Positions 29,028 to 39,692 are shown, counted from the stretch's first letter. The stretch is 61,401 nucleotides of DNA from a virus (IMGVR_UViG_3300036805_000115:1-61401), one strand, 5' to 3'. Numbers and translations are program-made. The notes: generated from the letters alone by a model not told the origin.

Positions 29028-32000
29028 GTGGCGATGGCCAGCGATCTGTCGTTCAACATCGTCGCCCTCGACCAGGCTGGCGCGACGTTCATCCGGCTGG
29101 CCGAGCAGGTCGATCACCTCTCGGAGAAGCTGGACCGGCTCGACCACAAGGACGTCACCGCCACCGTCAACGTCAAGACCGACGAATCAACCAAGGCACT
29201 CGACTCCTTCAGTAACCGCTTCGCGCTCCTCACCGGGGCGATCGTCGCCGGGTCCCCGGTGGCGGGGGCGGCGATCCTCGGCGGGATCGGCGCGAGCTTC
29301 ATCGGCATCGCCGCCCTGGCCGAAAAGTCCAATGCGGACGTGCAGGCCAGTTACAAAAACCTGTGGTCCTCGGTTGTTTCCATCGCGAAACAGGGTTCCG
29401 ATCCGCTGGTCGCGAACTTCGTGTCGTCGGCGAACGCGATGGAAGCCGAAGCACAGAAACTCGCCCCGCAGCTGCAGCAGGCGTTCTCCTACGCGGGCCC
29501 CGATCTGGTCGCCCTGACGCGCGGTGTCGACGATTTCGCCGACCGCAGCATGCCGGGCATCACCGCGGCCGCAGCGAACAGCCTGCCGGTGTTCCAGGGG
29601 GTCGCGTCCGCCGCCGACGCGCTCGGCCAGTCGGTGGGGCAATCCCTCTCCTCCGCGAGCCAGTACTCCACCCAATACGGGGTTGTGATCAGCTCGCTGG
29701 GGCAGGTCGCCGGCTCGGTTCTGACCGGGGTGGTGTCGCTGGTCAATGACGTCGCTGTGGTGTGGGCGCAAAACTCGGGCCCGATCGTGGCCGACGTCCG
29801 GCAGATCATCGGCGTGGTTACGGACCTCGGCCAGGGTGCGCTACCGATCGTGTCCAGTGGCGTCGCCGTCGTGGCCGCGACCATTCACGACCTGCTCTCC
29901 ATCCTCGGCCCCGTCGCTCCCATCCTCGGCACGGTCGGCGGGGTGGCGCTCACCACGTGGGCTGCGTTCAAGACCGCCGGTCTGGTCACGGCGGGCGTGA
30001 ATTCCCTGGCGATGAGCGTTGTCAGCCTCGGTGGCGAGATGGAAGCCGGGGCAGCCAAGGCCGCCGCCCAGGCCGCCGCCCTGCAAGGGGTAGCGGTTGA
30101 ATCGTCGACTACTGCGGTCGCCGTCCGGGCGGCGGGCGCGGCGACAGCGACAGCCAGCCTCCAGGTCGGTGCCGGACTGTCCGCGATCGCCGGTCCACTC
30201 GGAATCATGGCTGCCGTGACGCTCGGCGTGCTGACGCTGGGCAGCGCGATGTCCTCGTCGGGGAACGATTCGCTGCAGTTGTCTGGCGGCATGGACGGTG
30301 TGACGGCCGCGTTGCAGCGCTCGCACGGCGCGTTCGACCAGGCCGCCCAGGATGCCTTGAAGGCCGACCCGGCCTACAAGGCCGCCTCGGATTCCGCGTC
30401 GCAGCTCGGCATTTCGCAGGACACCCTGTTCGCCGCGATCACCAAGGGCGGTCCGGCCCTCGACGATTTGCGCAGCAAGGTCGCGGCATCCGGCGAGGCG
30501 GGCTGGCACGCGATCCCCGCATACCAGGCCCTGGTCACGAACTTCTCGGACATGCGGATCGGCGCCGGCGGAACTATCGAGGCCATCGATGGCCAGGGGC
30601 GGGCCGCGCAGAACCTGGCGCCCCAGTTGGATGCGTTGGCGCACCAGTTCGGGATCAGCACGGCAGTCGCGGCGGACTCCGCGGCGAAACAGGACTCCGC
30701 TTCAGCGGCACTGTCCACATCGAGCGGATATGCGGAAGCCGCAGCCGGTACGGCGAGTCTTCTGGGGCTGAGCCTGGCGCAAGTCACCACCGGCTATCAG
30801 GGCGTGATCTCCGCGGGCGGTGTCGCGAACGCCACCGTGGCGGGTACGTCCGAGGCCTTCTTGAAGAACACCCTCGCCGTGGCCCAGTCCGCGACAGAGA
30901 TGCAGGACCACTTCGTGCAGGCCGACCGGCAGGTTGCGCAATCCAGCCAAGCTGTCGCGGACGCCCAGCACGGGGTCGCGCAGGCCGCCCAGTCCGTCGC
31001 GGACGCCCAGCACGGCGTGGAGCAGGCCGAGCGCGGCGTTGTGGACGCCCAACAGGGCGTGGCGAACGCGGCGCACGCTGTCGAGCAGGCCCAACGGTCC
31101 CTGGGTGACGCCTACGCCGGGGTGACGACGGCGGAGCAGAACTACACCAGGGCACAGGAGTCCGCGCGAGAAGCCCAGGACAGCCTGAACAAGGCCCGCG
31201 AGCAGGCGATCCAGGACCTGAAGGATCTGCAACTGCAGATGCAGGACCAGGTGCTCACCGAGGAGCAGGCCGCCGTCAAGCTGTTCGACGCCCAGACGAC
31301 TGCCGCGGCGGCGGGTGTCACCCCGGACAACGCGAAGGACATCGCCTCGCAGGACGTGACCGCCGGGAACGAGGCCCAGATGAAGGTCGCGTTCGACCTC
31401 ATCTCCGCCCAGAACGCTCTGAACAACGCCCAGAACAACGGTGTGAAACTTCGGGAGCAGGTCACGGCCGCCGAAAAGGCAGGCGTCGACGGGGCTTCCG
31501 GGGTGGTGTCCGCGCAGAAGGCGCTGCGCAGCGCCCAGGACCAGGTCGCATCGTCCGCGACGGCGTTGACGAAGGCGCATCAGTCGGTGCAGGACGCCGA
31601 ATACGGTGTTCAGCAAGCCGAGCTGGGGCTGCAGAAAGCGCATCAGCAGGTGACAGACGCCGGGTGGGCGCTGCAGAAGGCCCACCTCGGTGTTCGGGAC
31701 GCCCAGTATCAGCAGACCCGCGCGTCGCAGCAACTCACCCAAGCCTCCCTGCAGCTGCGGGACGCACAGGACCAGTCGTCGCGGTCGCTGGACATCCACA
31801 CCGCCGCCGGGCAGCGAAACATCCAGATGATCTTGCAGATGTGGGATTCGCTCACCAAGAGCGGGCTGCCCATTCAGGACCAGTACAGGCAGGCCATCGA
31901 CAACGTCGCCGGCGCGTTCGGGATTTCCCGCGACAAGGCATCGGATTACCTCAAGCAGCTGGGCCTGATCCCGAAGGACTTCCAGTACAGCGTCACCGCG

Positions 32001-33041
32001 ATCACGCAGGTGGACCGCAACAACTTCGACTCGTGGTTGAAGGGTGTTCTGTCGACCGGCGGGTATGCGATGGACTCCCGCAACCAGCAGAAAACCATCG
32101 GCGGCACCGGGTATGCGGGTGGTGGCTACACCGGTGACGGCGGCAAGTGGGATCCCGCGGGCATCGTCCACAAGGGCGAGTGGGTCGTCCCTCAGGAGCA
32201 GGTTCACCCGGGAACAATGCCCTTGCTGCAAGCCATCAACCAGGGTCTGGTGCGCGGCGGCGACGGGGCAGCCATGCTCGGCTACGCCGGTGGTGGTCTC
32301 GTGGACGCTGCCGCGAAATCCGTGTACATGGGCGCCAACCTTGGCGCCGCGTATCTGGCGACGAGCAACGCCCGCGGCGTCATGGGGTTCCCGGCCATGC
32401 CCGCCCTGCCGAAGTACGACCCAGCTTCCGCGATCGTGGGCCTCGCCGGGGTGGCGGTGTCGGGTGCCCGCGGGTCGAACCGGAACATCGTGCTGGAGAC
32501 CTGGAAGCAGTTCGGCTGGACGTCCCCGGCGGAGATCGCCGCCACGGACTACTTGCTGATGCGGGAGTCTGGCTACAACAACCTGGCCCAGAACCCGACC
32601 TCCACGGCGTTTGGCATGTTCCAGTTCCTCAACAGCACGTGGGCTGGCTACGGGGTTCCCAAGACTGCGGACCCTGCGCTCCAGGCTCTGGGGGGTGGCC
32701 GGTACATCTCCTCCCGGTATGGGGATCCGCTGGGCGCCGCCGCGCATGAGCGAGCCCTCAACTGGTACGGCGTGGGCGGCCTGGTGAAGAAGCCTGCCGC
32801 CTACGACAACGGGGGCCCGCTCATGCCGGGCTGGTCCACGGTTTTCAACGGCACCGGGGCACCTGAGAACGTGCGCACCTCGGCACAGGAGGACCAGCTG
32901 TTGGCGGAGCTTCGCGGGATCCGCAAGGCACTGGGGAAGGCCGGAAACACCTACAACATGCCGATCCACAACGCCCGGAATCAGGAAATGGACCTGCAGG
33001 CGCAGATGCGGCGCATGGAAATCACGGCGGGAATTCTGTGA
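29028..33041 (+). CDS. Tape measure protein with a C-terminal lytic transglycosylase domain
   Basis: 1337 aa, Ala-rich helical; GGYTGDGG..PAGIVHKGE; MRESGYNNLAQNPTSTAFGMFQFL..TW. Confidence 0.95.
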   Translation: MAMASDLSFNIVALDQAGATFIRLAEQVDHLSEKLDRLDHKDVTATVNVKTDESTKALDSFSNRFALLTGAIVAGSPVAGAAILGGIGASFIGIAALAEKSNADVQASYKNLWSSVVSIAKQGSDPLVANFVSSANAMEAEAQKLAPQLQQAFSYAGPDLVALTRGVDDFADRSMPGITAAAANSLPVFQGVASAADALGQSVGQSLSSASQYSTQYGVVISSLGQVAGSVLTGVVSLVNDVAVVWAQNSGPIVADVRQIIGVVTDLGQGALPIVSSGVAVVAATIHDLLSILGPVAPILGTVGGVALTTWAAFKTAGLVTAGVNSLAMSVVSLGGEMEAGAAKAAAQAAALQGVAVESSTTAVAVRAAGAATATASLQVGAGLSAIAGPLGIMAAVTLGVLTLGSAMSSSGNDSLQLSGGMDGVTAALQRSHGAFDQAAQDALKADPAYKAASDSASQLGISQDTLFAAITKGGPALDDLRSKVAASGEAGWHAIPAYQALVTNFSDMRIGAGGTIEAIDGQGRAAQNLAPQLDALAHQFGISTAVAADSAAKQDSASAALSTSSGYAEAAAGTASLLGLSLAQVTTGYQGVISAGGVANATVAGTSEAFLKNTLAVAQSATEMQDHFVQADRQVAQSSQAVADAQHGVAQAAQSVADAQHGVEQAERGVVDAQQGVANAAHAVEQAQRSLGDAYAGVTTAEQNYTRAQESAREAQDSLNKAREQAIQDLKDLQLQMQDQVLTEEQAAVKLFDAQTTAAAAGVTPDNAKDIASQDVTAGNEAQMKVAFDLISAQNALNNAQNNGVKLREQVTAAEKAGVDGASGVVSAQKALRSAQDQVASSATALTKAHQSVQDAEYGVQQAELGLQKAHQQVTDAGWALQKAHLGVRDAQYQQTRASQQLTQASLQLRDAQDQSSRSLDIHTAAGQRNIQMILQMWDSLTKSGLPIQDQYRQAIDNVAGAFGISRDKASDYLKQLGLIPKDFQYSVTAITQVDRNNFDSWLKGVLSTGGYAMDSRNQQKTIGGTGYAGGGYTGDGGKWDPAGIVHKGEWVVPQEQVHPGTMPLLQAINQGLVRGGDGAAMLGYAGGGLVDAAAKSVYMGANLGAAYLATSNARGVMGFPAMPALPKYDPASAIVGLAGVAVSGARGSNRNIVLETWKQFGWTSPAEIAATDYLLMRESGYNNLAQNPTSTAFGMFQFLNSTWAGYGVPKTADPALQALGGGRYISSRYGDPLGAAAHERALNWYGVGGLVKKPAAYDNGGPLMPGWSTVFNGTGAPENVRTSAQEDQLLAELRGIRKALGKAGNTYNMPIHNARNQEMDLQAQMRRMEITAGIL

Positions 33042-33913
33042 GCGCGGAGATCACGCAGTGGGTAGATCCGTTCGGGGTCATCACCACCCTCGACATCGAC
33101 TGGGACGCGACGGGTCGTTTCATGCCCACGGTCGCCCACGAGGAAGACGGCATCCCCGGCGAACCGGGCGCGATCCACAGGGCGTCCCGGCACGCGATCC
33201 GAGAGTTCACGATCAAGCATCTGGTGACGGCCGCCGACGAACCCTCTCTACGGCAAGCGGTTCGGGCCTTGGTGAAGGCCATGAACCCGGCCCGCGACGA
33301 CGACCCGTCGGCCGGGCCGGGCGCGATCCGGGTCACCGCCCCGGACAGTGTGGTTCGGGAAATCCCCTGCTACTACTCCGCAGGCCTGGAAATGCAGGAG
33401 CAGGAGGAGATGTCGGGCCCACAGATGCAGGCCGCGGCCATCACGTTCCGGTCGTATGAGCCGTACTGGCGGGACGTGTCGGACACCGTCGCCGGGCCGT
33501 TCACGGTGGGCGTGACGCCGACGTTTTTCCCGATCTTCCCGGTTCGGTTGACGTCCTCGCAGATAGCTGTCGACACGACGGTCGACAACGACGGCGACGT
33601 GAACTGCTGGCCCGTGTGGACCATCACCGGGACCGGGGCGGTCATCACCCTGCGGAACCTCACCACCGGGTTGGCCACCGTGTTCACGACTACCGCTCTC
33701 GGGCTTGGTGAGTCCATCACGATCGACACCCGCCCCACGCAGAAGTCCGTGACCAAACAGGACGGCACGAACCTGTTCTGGGACCTCGATATCTCCTCCG
33801 AACTGTGGCCGCTGATCCCCGGTTCAAACGAGATCAGGTTGGAGATGGCGTCGGTCACCTCCGGGGTTTCGGCGCTGCAGGGCAACTACCGGCAGAGGTA
33901 CCTCACCCCATGA
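33038..33913 (+). CDS. Distal tail (Dit-like) protein
   Basis: EPYW, NDGDVNCWPVWTITG, LIPGSNEI. Confidence 0.8.
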   Translation: MSAEITQWVDPFGVITTLDIDWDATGRFMPTVAHEEDGIPGEPGAIHRASRHAIREFTIKHLVTAADEPSLRQAVRALVKAMNPARDDDPSAGPGAIRVTAPDSVVREIPCYYSAGLEMQEQEEMSGPQMQAAAITFRSYEPYWRDVSDTVAGPFTVGVTPTFFPIFPVRLTSSQIAVDTTVDNDGDVNCWPVWTITGTGAVITLRNLTTGLATVFTTTALGLGESITIDTRPTQKSVTKQDGTNLFWDLDISSELWPLIPGSNEIRLEMASVTSGVSALQGNYRQRYLTP

Positions 33914-35064
33914 CCACCGGGTGGACGATCTACGTCCGGGACCAGAACTACCGGCGCCAGGGCCAGATTGACGACTACCGCGAAGCGACGCTCACCCCGG
34001 TCTACAACGACGTCGGGACTTGGTCGATCACCCTCGACCGCCGCGCCGCGCAAGCCGCGAAACTCACCACCCCGGGCTGGGGTATCACCGTGATGCGCCG
34101 TGACGCGTCGGCCCCCGTCTTCGCCGGGCCTGCTGCCTATTCGAAGAGCACCGTAACCGAGGACGAAGAAACCCTGCAGGTGACTGGCTTCACCGATGAC
34201 GTGTGGCTGCGGCGGCGCTTGGTGTCGCCGAGCCCTTCCGAGTCGGCCCCGCCGTATTCGAACGCCTCCGATGACCAGACCGGCACAGTTTCCACCGTCC
34301 TGAGGCACTACGTGGACGTGAACCTTGGCCCGAACGCGATCGCACCGCGGCGGCTCAACGGTTTGGTGATCGCCGCCGACCCGCTATTGGGGTCTTCAGT
34401 GAGTGCGTCGGGGCGCTGGGACGGGCTGCTGGAGTTCATGCAGAACCTGGCGGTCACCGGGGATGTGGGGTTCCGGATCGTGCAGTCAGGGTTCGCCTTG
34501 CTGTTCCAGATCTACAGGGGCACCGACCGCTCAGGCACGGTGAAATTCTCCCGGCCACTGGAGACGTTGACCGGGCACGAGTACGAGATCACCGCCCCCA
34601 CCAACAACCACGCTTTCATCGGCGGCACCGGCGATGGTGTCACCCGCGTCATGCAGCAACTGTCCGATTCGGACTCGATCGCCGACTGGGGCCGGATCGA
34701 AGGCCCGCTGACGAACTCGTCCGACACGGCGAACGTCACGCAAATGACGCAGGACGGCAACGACGCCCTCGCGCAAGGCGCCACGCAAACCACCCTCTCC
34801 ATCACCCCACTGGAAAAGGCGGGTGTCCGGTACGGCATCGACTACCAGCTCGGGGACACCGTCGCAGTCCAGATCGAAGACGGCCCGGGCGGGGTGATCA
34901 ACGACAAGCTTCGATCGGTTGAGATCCACCTCGTCAAGGACGGGCCTCAGACGGTGAAGCCCGCGATCGGGACACCGCGCGCGGCCGACGTGCTCCGCAT
35001 GAGCAACACCTACCGCTTCCTGGCCAATCTCGCCAAGCGGATGACGACCATGGAGAAGCACTGA
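33910..35064 (+). CDS. Minor tail protein (ReqiPepy6 Gp37-like/Tal)
   Basis: YNDVGTW, DWGRIE, YGIDYQLGDTV. Confidence 0.8.
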   Translation: MTTGWTIYVRDQNYRRQGQIDDYREATLTPVYNDVGTWSITLDRRAAQAAKLTTPGWGITVMRRDASAPVFAGPAAYSKSTVTEDEETLQVTGFTDDVWLRRRLVSPSPSESAPPYSNASDDQTGTVSTVLRHYVDVNLGPNAIAPRRLNGLVIAADPLLGSSVSASGRWDGLLEFMQNLAVTGDVGFRIVQSGFALLFQIYRGTDRSGTVKFSRPLETLTGHEYEITAPTNNHAFIGGTGDGVTRVMQQLSDSDSIADWGRIEGPLTNSSDTANVTQMTQDGNDALAQGATQTTLSITPLEKAGVRYGIDYQLGDTVAVQIEDGPGGVINDKLRSVEIHLVKDGPQTVKPAIGTPRAADVLRMSNTYRFLANLAKRMTTMEKH

Positions 35065-36092
35065 TGGCGATCGCCTTTGACACCTACGCGCCGTTCGACA
35101 GCGGACCGGGTTCCAACGTCACCGAGGACGGCTGGCGGGCGATGCAGCGGCGCATGTCCGTCTCCGGCGTGGTGCGCAATGTGCTGTCCGAGATGCTGGT
35201 TTTCGGTGACAGCACCGGGATGCAGGTCAAGATCTCCGCTGGGGAGGTGTGGGTCGAGGGCTACTGGGGCCAGCTGGCCTCCACAAAGACCGCCGGGATT
35301 GTCACCGCCCACGCCACCCTGACCCGCTACGACCTGGTCATCGCCGTGGTCGACTGGACCAACAACGTCATCCAGTACGACGTGCTCACCGGCACACCTT
35401 CCTCGACACCCGTTGTCCCTCCGCTGACACAGAACTCATCCCTGTGGCAGATCCCGCTCGCGGTGGTCACGGTCGGCCCGGCGGTCAGCACGATCACCGC
35501 CGGGAACGTCCAGGACGCGCGGGAATGGGGCGGGGCGGTCACCGCCACCACCACTGACGACTGGTTGCTCTACGGCGACCGGGCCGGGACCTGCCGGCGG
35601 CTTGAGGTCACCGACACGAACGTCCACAACGACGGCATCGTCTACTACTCCCGGATGCACTCCCTGCAGACGCAGGTGTGTTCGAAGATCAGAATGTTCC
35701 CCACCACGTTGGCGGTCGGTGGAACGGTGGCGGTGAGGATCTTCCACGGCTACCGGGTCGACAAGCTGTCGGATTTCGTCGACATGACTACCGCGAACTT
35801 CACGTACTCCGGCTTGGCGGCCGTGAACCTCGTGCACGAGGGTGTTTTCCCGGCCACGACGTTCCGGGCCGGTGAGGTCATCGTGATCTGCTACCGCTAC
35901 GCAGGTGGCAGCACCTCGCCCGTCGTGGCCACTACCGCGCCAGGCGCGGCGATCACGAACATCGGCGGACTGATCACCCCCACCGCGAATCCCGTGACCG
36001 GCTTCAAAACCGTGGCTATGCCCAGCTCGCTGAACCTCACCGACGGCACCTGGAGCCAGAGGAACAGGGTGTTCTGGGCGGCGCTGGCCTGA
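35064..36092 (+). CDS. Minor tail / receptor-binding protein
   Basis: RYDLVI...GTP..TPVVP.L....WQIPLA.V N-terminal domain. Confidence 0.7.
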   Translation: MAIAFDTYAPFDSGPGSNVTEDGWRAMQRRMSVSGVVRNVLSEMLVFGDSTGMQVKISAGEVWVEGYWGQLASTKTAGIVTAHATLTRYDLVIAVVDWTNNVIQYDVLTGTPSSTPVVPPLTQNSSLWQIPLAVVTVGPAVSTITAGNVQDAREWGGAVTATTTDDWLLYGDRAGTCRRLEVTDTNVHNDGIVYYSRMHSLQTQVCSKIRMFPTTLAVGGTVAVRIFHGYRVDKLSDFVDMTTANFTYSGLAAVNLVHEGVFPATTFRAGEVIVICYRYAGGSTSPVVATTAPGAAITNIGGLITPTANPVTGFKTVAMPSSLNLTDGTWSQRNRVFWAALA

Positions 36093-36107
36093 TGGGAAGG
36101 GGGCTGG

Positions 36108-36590
36108 GTGGAGTGGCTTCCGACCGCAGGACCCTACGGGGCACTCGGAGCGATCATCCTCTATCTGGTGCGGCTGCTGCTGACCACAGACCGGCGGCAC
36201 GCCGCCGAAATGAAGCGCGTCGGCGAATATCACGCTTCCGAGATGAGGCGGATCAACACTGCGCACGATCAGGAGATCGGCGAGCTGCGGGGCGATATCG
36301 CGAGTTTGCGTTCGGACATCGCGGACCTGAAGACGGCGCTCGAAATCGAGACCGACGCGCGCCGCAGAGCAGAGGAAGCGTTCCACCAGTTCCGCACGGG
36401 AGGCACCTATGCCGGATACCGTGAAGGGCCGCCGACGAGTGGGGATCGTCCTGGCGATCCTGGCGATCATCATCGCCCTGTTCGCGGTGTGGAAGGCCCT
36501 GGAGCGCGACCAGACAGCGACGGACCTGGGGCAGCAGGTATCGAAGGCATGCACCCTCGATCAGGGCGACGCGCAGCGGAAGGGGCTTGA
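36108..36590 (+). CDS. Membrane-anchored coiled-coil protein (lysis cassette)
   Basis: N-terminal TM then coiled coil; 3' end overlaps the next gene by about 180 nt. Confidence 0.6.
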   Translation: MEWLPTAGPYGALGAIILYLVRLLLTTDRRHAAEMKRVGEYHASEMRRINTAHDQEIGELRGDIASLRSDIADLKTALEIETDARRRAEEAFHQFRTGGTYAGYREGPPTSGDRPGDPGDHHRPVRGVEGPGARPDSDGPGAAGIEGMHPRSGRRAAEGA

Positions 36591-36921
36591 CTGCGCGCAG
36601 GCGCAATCCGTCGCCGGTTCGCCGGTCATCGTGACCGTCCCGCCGCGAACCAGCGTCATCCCGATCCCCGGCCCGTTGACGGTGCTCACCGAAACCCAGC
36701 AGGTCCCTCTGCCGTTGCCGACCATTTCGCTCGTCCAGCTTCCGGGCGCGACGGACACCGTCATCACGATCACCCCAGGCCCCACGGTGACCGACACCGT
36801 GACCGCGCCTCCGCAAACCCAGACGGAGACCCAGACCCAGACGGTCACCGAAACCCAGACGGAGACGCAGACAGTCACCGAGACACCAAGCAGCTCCCCA
36901 GTCCTTCCGCTGGGGCCTTGA
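36409..36921 (+). CDS. Membrane protein with a Thr-rich repeat stalk
   Basis: N-terminal TM, Cys pair, TQTETQTQTVTE repeats; RBS GGAGG. Confidence 0.65.
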   Translation: MPDTVKGRRRVGIVLAILAIIIALFAVWKALERDQTATDLGQQVSKACTLDQGDAQRKGLDCAQAQSVAGSPVIVTVPPRTSVIPIPGPLTVLTETQQVPLPLPTISLVQLPGATDTVITITPGPTVTDTVTAPPQTQTETQTQTVTETQTETQTVTETPSSSPVLPLGP

Positions 36922-36934
36922 GAGGGGTAACCGC

Positions 36935-37876
36935 ATGACCGAACCGACCCGGGTCGCCGGCAAGCTCGGCAGACTCCCGCACGACCCCGACAGGCCCGCG
37001 CTGAAACTCGGGCCGTTCCTGACGGGCGCGCTCTCCCCGAACCCGACGGCCATCGACTGGCTCTCGAGCGTCAAGGTGTGGCCGATGTACGGCAACGACC
37101 GGTACGGGGACTGTGTGTGGGCCGAGATCGGGCACCACATCGAGGTCGTCACCACCTACGGGCAGGGCGCGAACGTCACTGTCTCCGACGCGGCGATCCT
37201 CAAGGGCTACTCGGACGTCACCGGCTTCGACCCGGCCGACCCGTCGACAGATCAGGGCACTGTCATCGCCGACGCCTTGTCGTACTGGCGCAAGACCGGA
37301 GTCGGCGGCCACAAGATCCTCGCCTACGCGAAGGTCGACCACGCTAACCCCGCCGAGGTCGAGGCCGCGATCAACCTCTTCGGCGCGGTCATGGTGGGAG
37401 TGAACTTCCCCAAGTCGGCGATGGACCAGTTCAACGCCGGGAAACCCTGGGATGTTGTCCCGCACGACGGCGGGATCGAAGGCGGTCACGCGATCCTCGT
37501 CGGCGCCTACCAGCCCGGCGAGTACGACGGCGTGACATGGGGCGCGCGCGAGCCGATCACCGACGCCTGGTGGTTCAAGTACGTCGAGGAGTGCTGGGCG
37601 GTCATCGCCCCCGAGTGGATCAACGCCCAGGGCGTCTCACCGAAGGGGATCGACCTGCATGGGCTGGGTGAGTACTTCGCCACCCTGACCGGCCAGGCGA
37701 ACCCGTTTCCCCAGCCCGCTCCCGGCCCCACCCCGGGCCCGGTGCCGCCTGTGGCAGACGCTGACGCGGCTCTGGCGGCAGTTCTGGAGCCGTGGGTGAA
37801 ACATCGCCACACCGGGGAAAACCACGTGGTGCAGGTCGAAGCCCTGCAGTGGCTGTCCGCGAAAGGCTTCGCCTGA
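36935..37876 (+). CDS. Papain-like (C1-type) cysteine peptidase
   Basis: NDRYGDCVWA (Cys), GGHAILVGAY (His), TWG. Confidence 0.7.
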   Translation: MTEPTRVAGKLGRLPHDPDRPALKLGPFLTGALSPNPTAIDWLSSVKVWPMYGNDRYGDCVWAEIGHHIEVVTTYGQGANVTVSDAAILKGYSDVTGFDPADPSTDQGTVIADALSYWRKTGVGGHKILAYAKVDHANPAEVEAAINLFGAVMVGVNFPKSAMDQFNAGKPWDVVPHDGGIEGGHAILVGAYQPGEYDGVTWGAREPITDAWWFKYVEECWAVIAPEWINAQGVSPKGIDLHGLGEYFATLTGQANPFPQPAPGPTPGPVPPVADADAALAAVLEPWVKHRHTGENHVVQVEALQWLSAKGFA

Positions 37877-38886
37877 TGCTCATCGACGTCAGCCACCACC
37901 AGAACGACGCGGGCCCCATCAACTGGGCCACCGCCGATCCGGCCATCGACGGTGGCTACGTCAAGATCACCGAAGGCGCCGGCTACGTCGACCCGAAATG
38001 GCGCCTCAATCACGACGGGCTCGTCGGCATCGGCGACTACGTCGGCGGCTACCACTTCGCCAGCCTCGGCGATCCCGAGGCGGAAGCGAACCACTTCGCC
38101 GACATCTACCTCGCGGCGTCGTGGAACCTGCGGCCCGTGCTCGACATCGAGTCCGCCGGCTCGACCGCGACGTGGCTCAAAGCGTTCCGTGCGCAGTTCC
38201 GCAAGCGGGTCGGGGCGAACGCGTTCCGGGTCTACACCTCGTACTCGCTGCTGAAAGGCGCGCTCGCCCCGGCTGGGTGGATCGACGCCGACACCGACAT
38301 CTGGGCTGCGCGCTACAACACCACGCTCGGCTGGACCCATCCGCAACTGGTGCTGTGGCAGAACTCGTCAACCGCAGCGGTCCCCGGATTCGTGGGCTCC
38401 GTGGACGTCGACCAGTACCAGAACGGCTGGACCCCGGCCGCCGATCAAGGAGCCGACATGACCCCCGATCAGATTGCGGATCTCTTCAACCGACTGAAGT
38501 GGCTGGAGCAGAGTCAGCGCACCATCTCCAGTCAGTTCACCGGCAACCCGAACGGCGACCCTGCCTTCAGCGCGGACATGAAACCGATCCCGCTCACCCC
38601 GTGGGGCTGGAAGCAGCTGGACGGGAATGGCCTGGTCGACGGGATCGCGAACATCCCGAACAAGGTCTGGGCCCAACAGCTCAAGACTCCGGGGTGGGAA
38701 GACCCGAACCGCGCGGTCGCCGCTGGGGTGATCGTCGGGAACGCCGACGCCCACACGAACCAGGTCCTCGACGCGATCGGGAAACTCTCGGTCGGCGGCG
38801 TCGACGTGAACGCACTTGCCGACGCGCTCACGAGCGCGCTCGGTCCGGAGGTGGCGAAAGCCATCGGAGAGAAACTGGTGGCCTGA
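37876..38886 (+). CDS. Endolysin, GH25 muramidase
   Basis: IDVSHHQ, KITEG, GGYHF, VLDIE, LWQ.S, VDVD. Confidence 0.92.
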   Translation: MLIDVSHHQNDAGPINWATADPAIDGGYVKITEGAGYVDPKWRLNHDGLVGIGDYVGGYHFASLGDPEAEANHFADIYLAASWNLRPVLDIESAGSTATWLKAFRAQFRKRVGANAFRVYTSYSLLKGALAPAGWIDADTDIWAARYNTTLGWTHPQLVLWQNSSTAAVPGFVGSVDVDQYQNGWTPAADQGADMTPDQIADLFNRLKWLEQSQRTISSQFTGNPNGDPAFSADMKPIPLTPWGWKQLDGNGLVDGIANIPNKVWAQQLKTPGWEDPNRAVAAGVIVGNADAHTNQVLDAIGKLSVGGVDVNALADALTSALGPEVAKAIGEKLVA

Positions 38887-39149
38887 TGTCCGACAAACTC
38901 ACCTCGTGGCTGCGCACAATCCTGCCCGTGGCGTGGTCCCTGCTCGTGTCCTGGCTCATCGCCAAGGGCCTGCCGCACGAGCTGACCGACTGGCTCTCAG
39001 GCCTCGGCGACCAGGTCGTGAACCTGGTCATCGCCGGGGTGCTGTACGGCTTCGCCCGCTGGCTTGAACCGCACCTGCCGAACTGGCTGACTGCCGTGTT
39101 CTTCGGCTCGACCCGCCAGCCCAGCTACGTGCAGATCCCGCGCCTCTAG
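38886..39149 (+). CDS. Holin-like membrane protein
   Basis: Two TM segments, coupled to the endolysin. Confidence 0.7.
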   Translation: MSDKLTSWLRTILPVAWSLLVSWLIAKGLPHELTDWLSGLGDQVVNLVIAGVLYGFARWLEPHLPNWLTAVFFGSTRQPSYVQIPRL

Positions 39150-39186
39150 ACCGGACCGCCCACTACCCCTCGGGCTGGTCCAGAAA

Positions 39187-39225
39187 GCCCCCCGCGTTCC
39201 TTCGGGAGCGCGGGGGGCGTTTTTT
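39187..39225 (+). terminator. Rho-independent terminator ending the late operon
   Basis: GCCCCCCGCGTTCC-TTCG-GGAGCGCGGGGGGC followed by a T-tract. Confidence 0.9.
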
Positions 39226-39230
39226 CGTGC

Positions 39231-39692
39231 CTACGAACCGAGTGTCAACGTCAAGACGGCGTGGACCTGGGACGCGTCGACAACCTGCCTGCCGCGGGCC
39301 GACACGCTCACCACGTAGGTGGGCAGGCCATCAGGCACATCCGGAACCTCGAAGGCGAACTCACACGCCGACAGCACATCCATCGCCGGGATGCCCGCGA
39401 CCGGGATCGCGTCCCGGTGGGTGAAGTGCGGGACCCCAGTCGCCAGGGCGCCGGTGCCGATGGTCGCCCCGGTCGCGTTCTGCACCGTCACTGCGGTACC
39501 GGGCTGCATGTCGGAGTAGCCGCCCGCGCCGCGGCAGGTCTGGCCGGTGGAGTCCTGGAGCACCCCGGAGGCGTCGGTGAGGTCAACGGTGCCGGACAGC
39601 GTGAAAGTCTCCACTGCCGCTGGCGTAGAAGGGGCGGAGGAGCAGCCTGTCAGCGTAACGACGGCCGCGGCGATGAGGACGAGGCGTTTCAC
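39231..39692 (-). CDS. Lipoprotein
   Basis: Signal peptide with LTGC lipobox; CRGAGGYSDM.PG..VTV. Confidence 0.75.
   Translation of the reverse strand: MKRLVLIAAAVVTLTGCSSAPSTPAAVETFTLSGTVDLTDASGVLQDSTGQTCRGAGGYSDMQPGTAVTVQNATGATIGTGALATGVPHFTHRDAIPVAGIPAMDVLSACEFAFEVPDVPDGLPTYVVSVSARGRQVVDASQVHAVLTLTLGS

Noticed and set aside
30930-31110. Tandem VADAQHGV-type repeats
   Set aside because: Ordinary helical periodicity of a tape measure protein.
30702-32969. Long antisense ORFs (also 6605..8509, 18846..20123, 57497..58774)
   Set aside because: Shadow frames of real genes in high-GC DNA, with no recognisable motifs.
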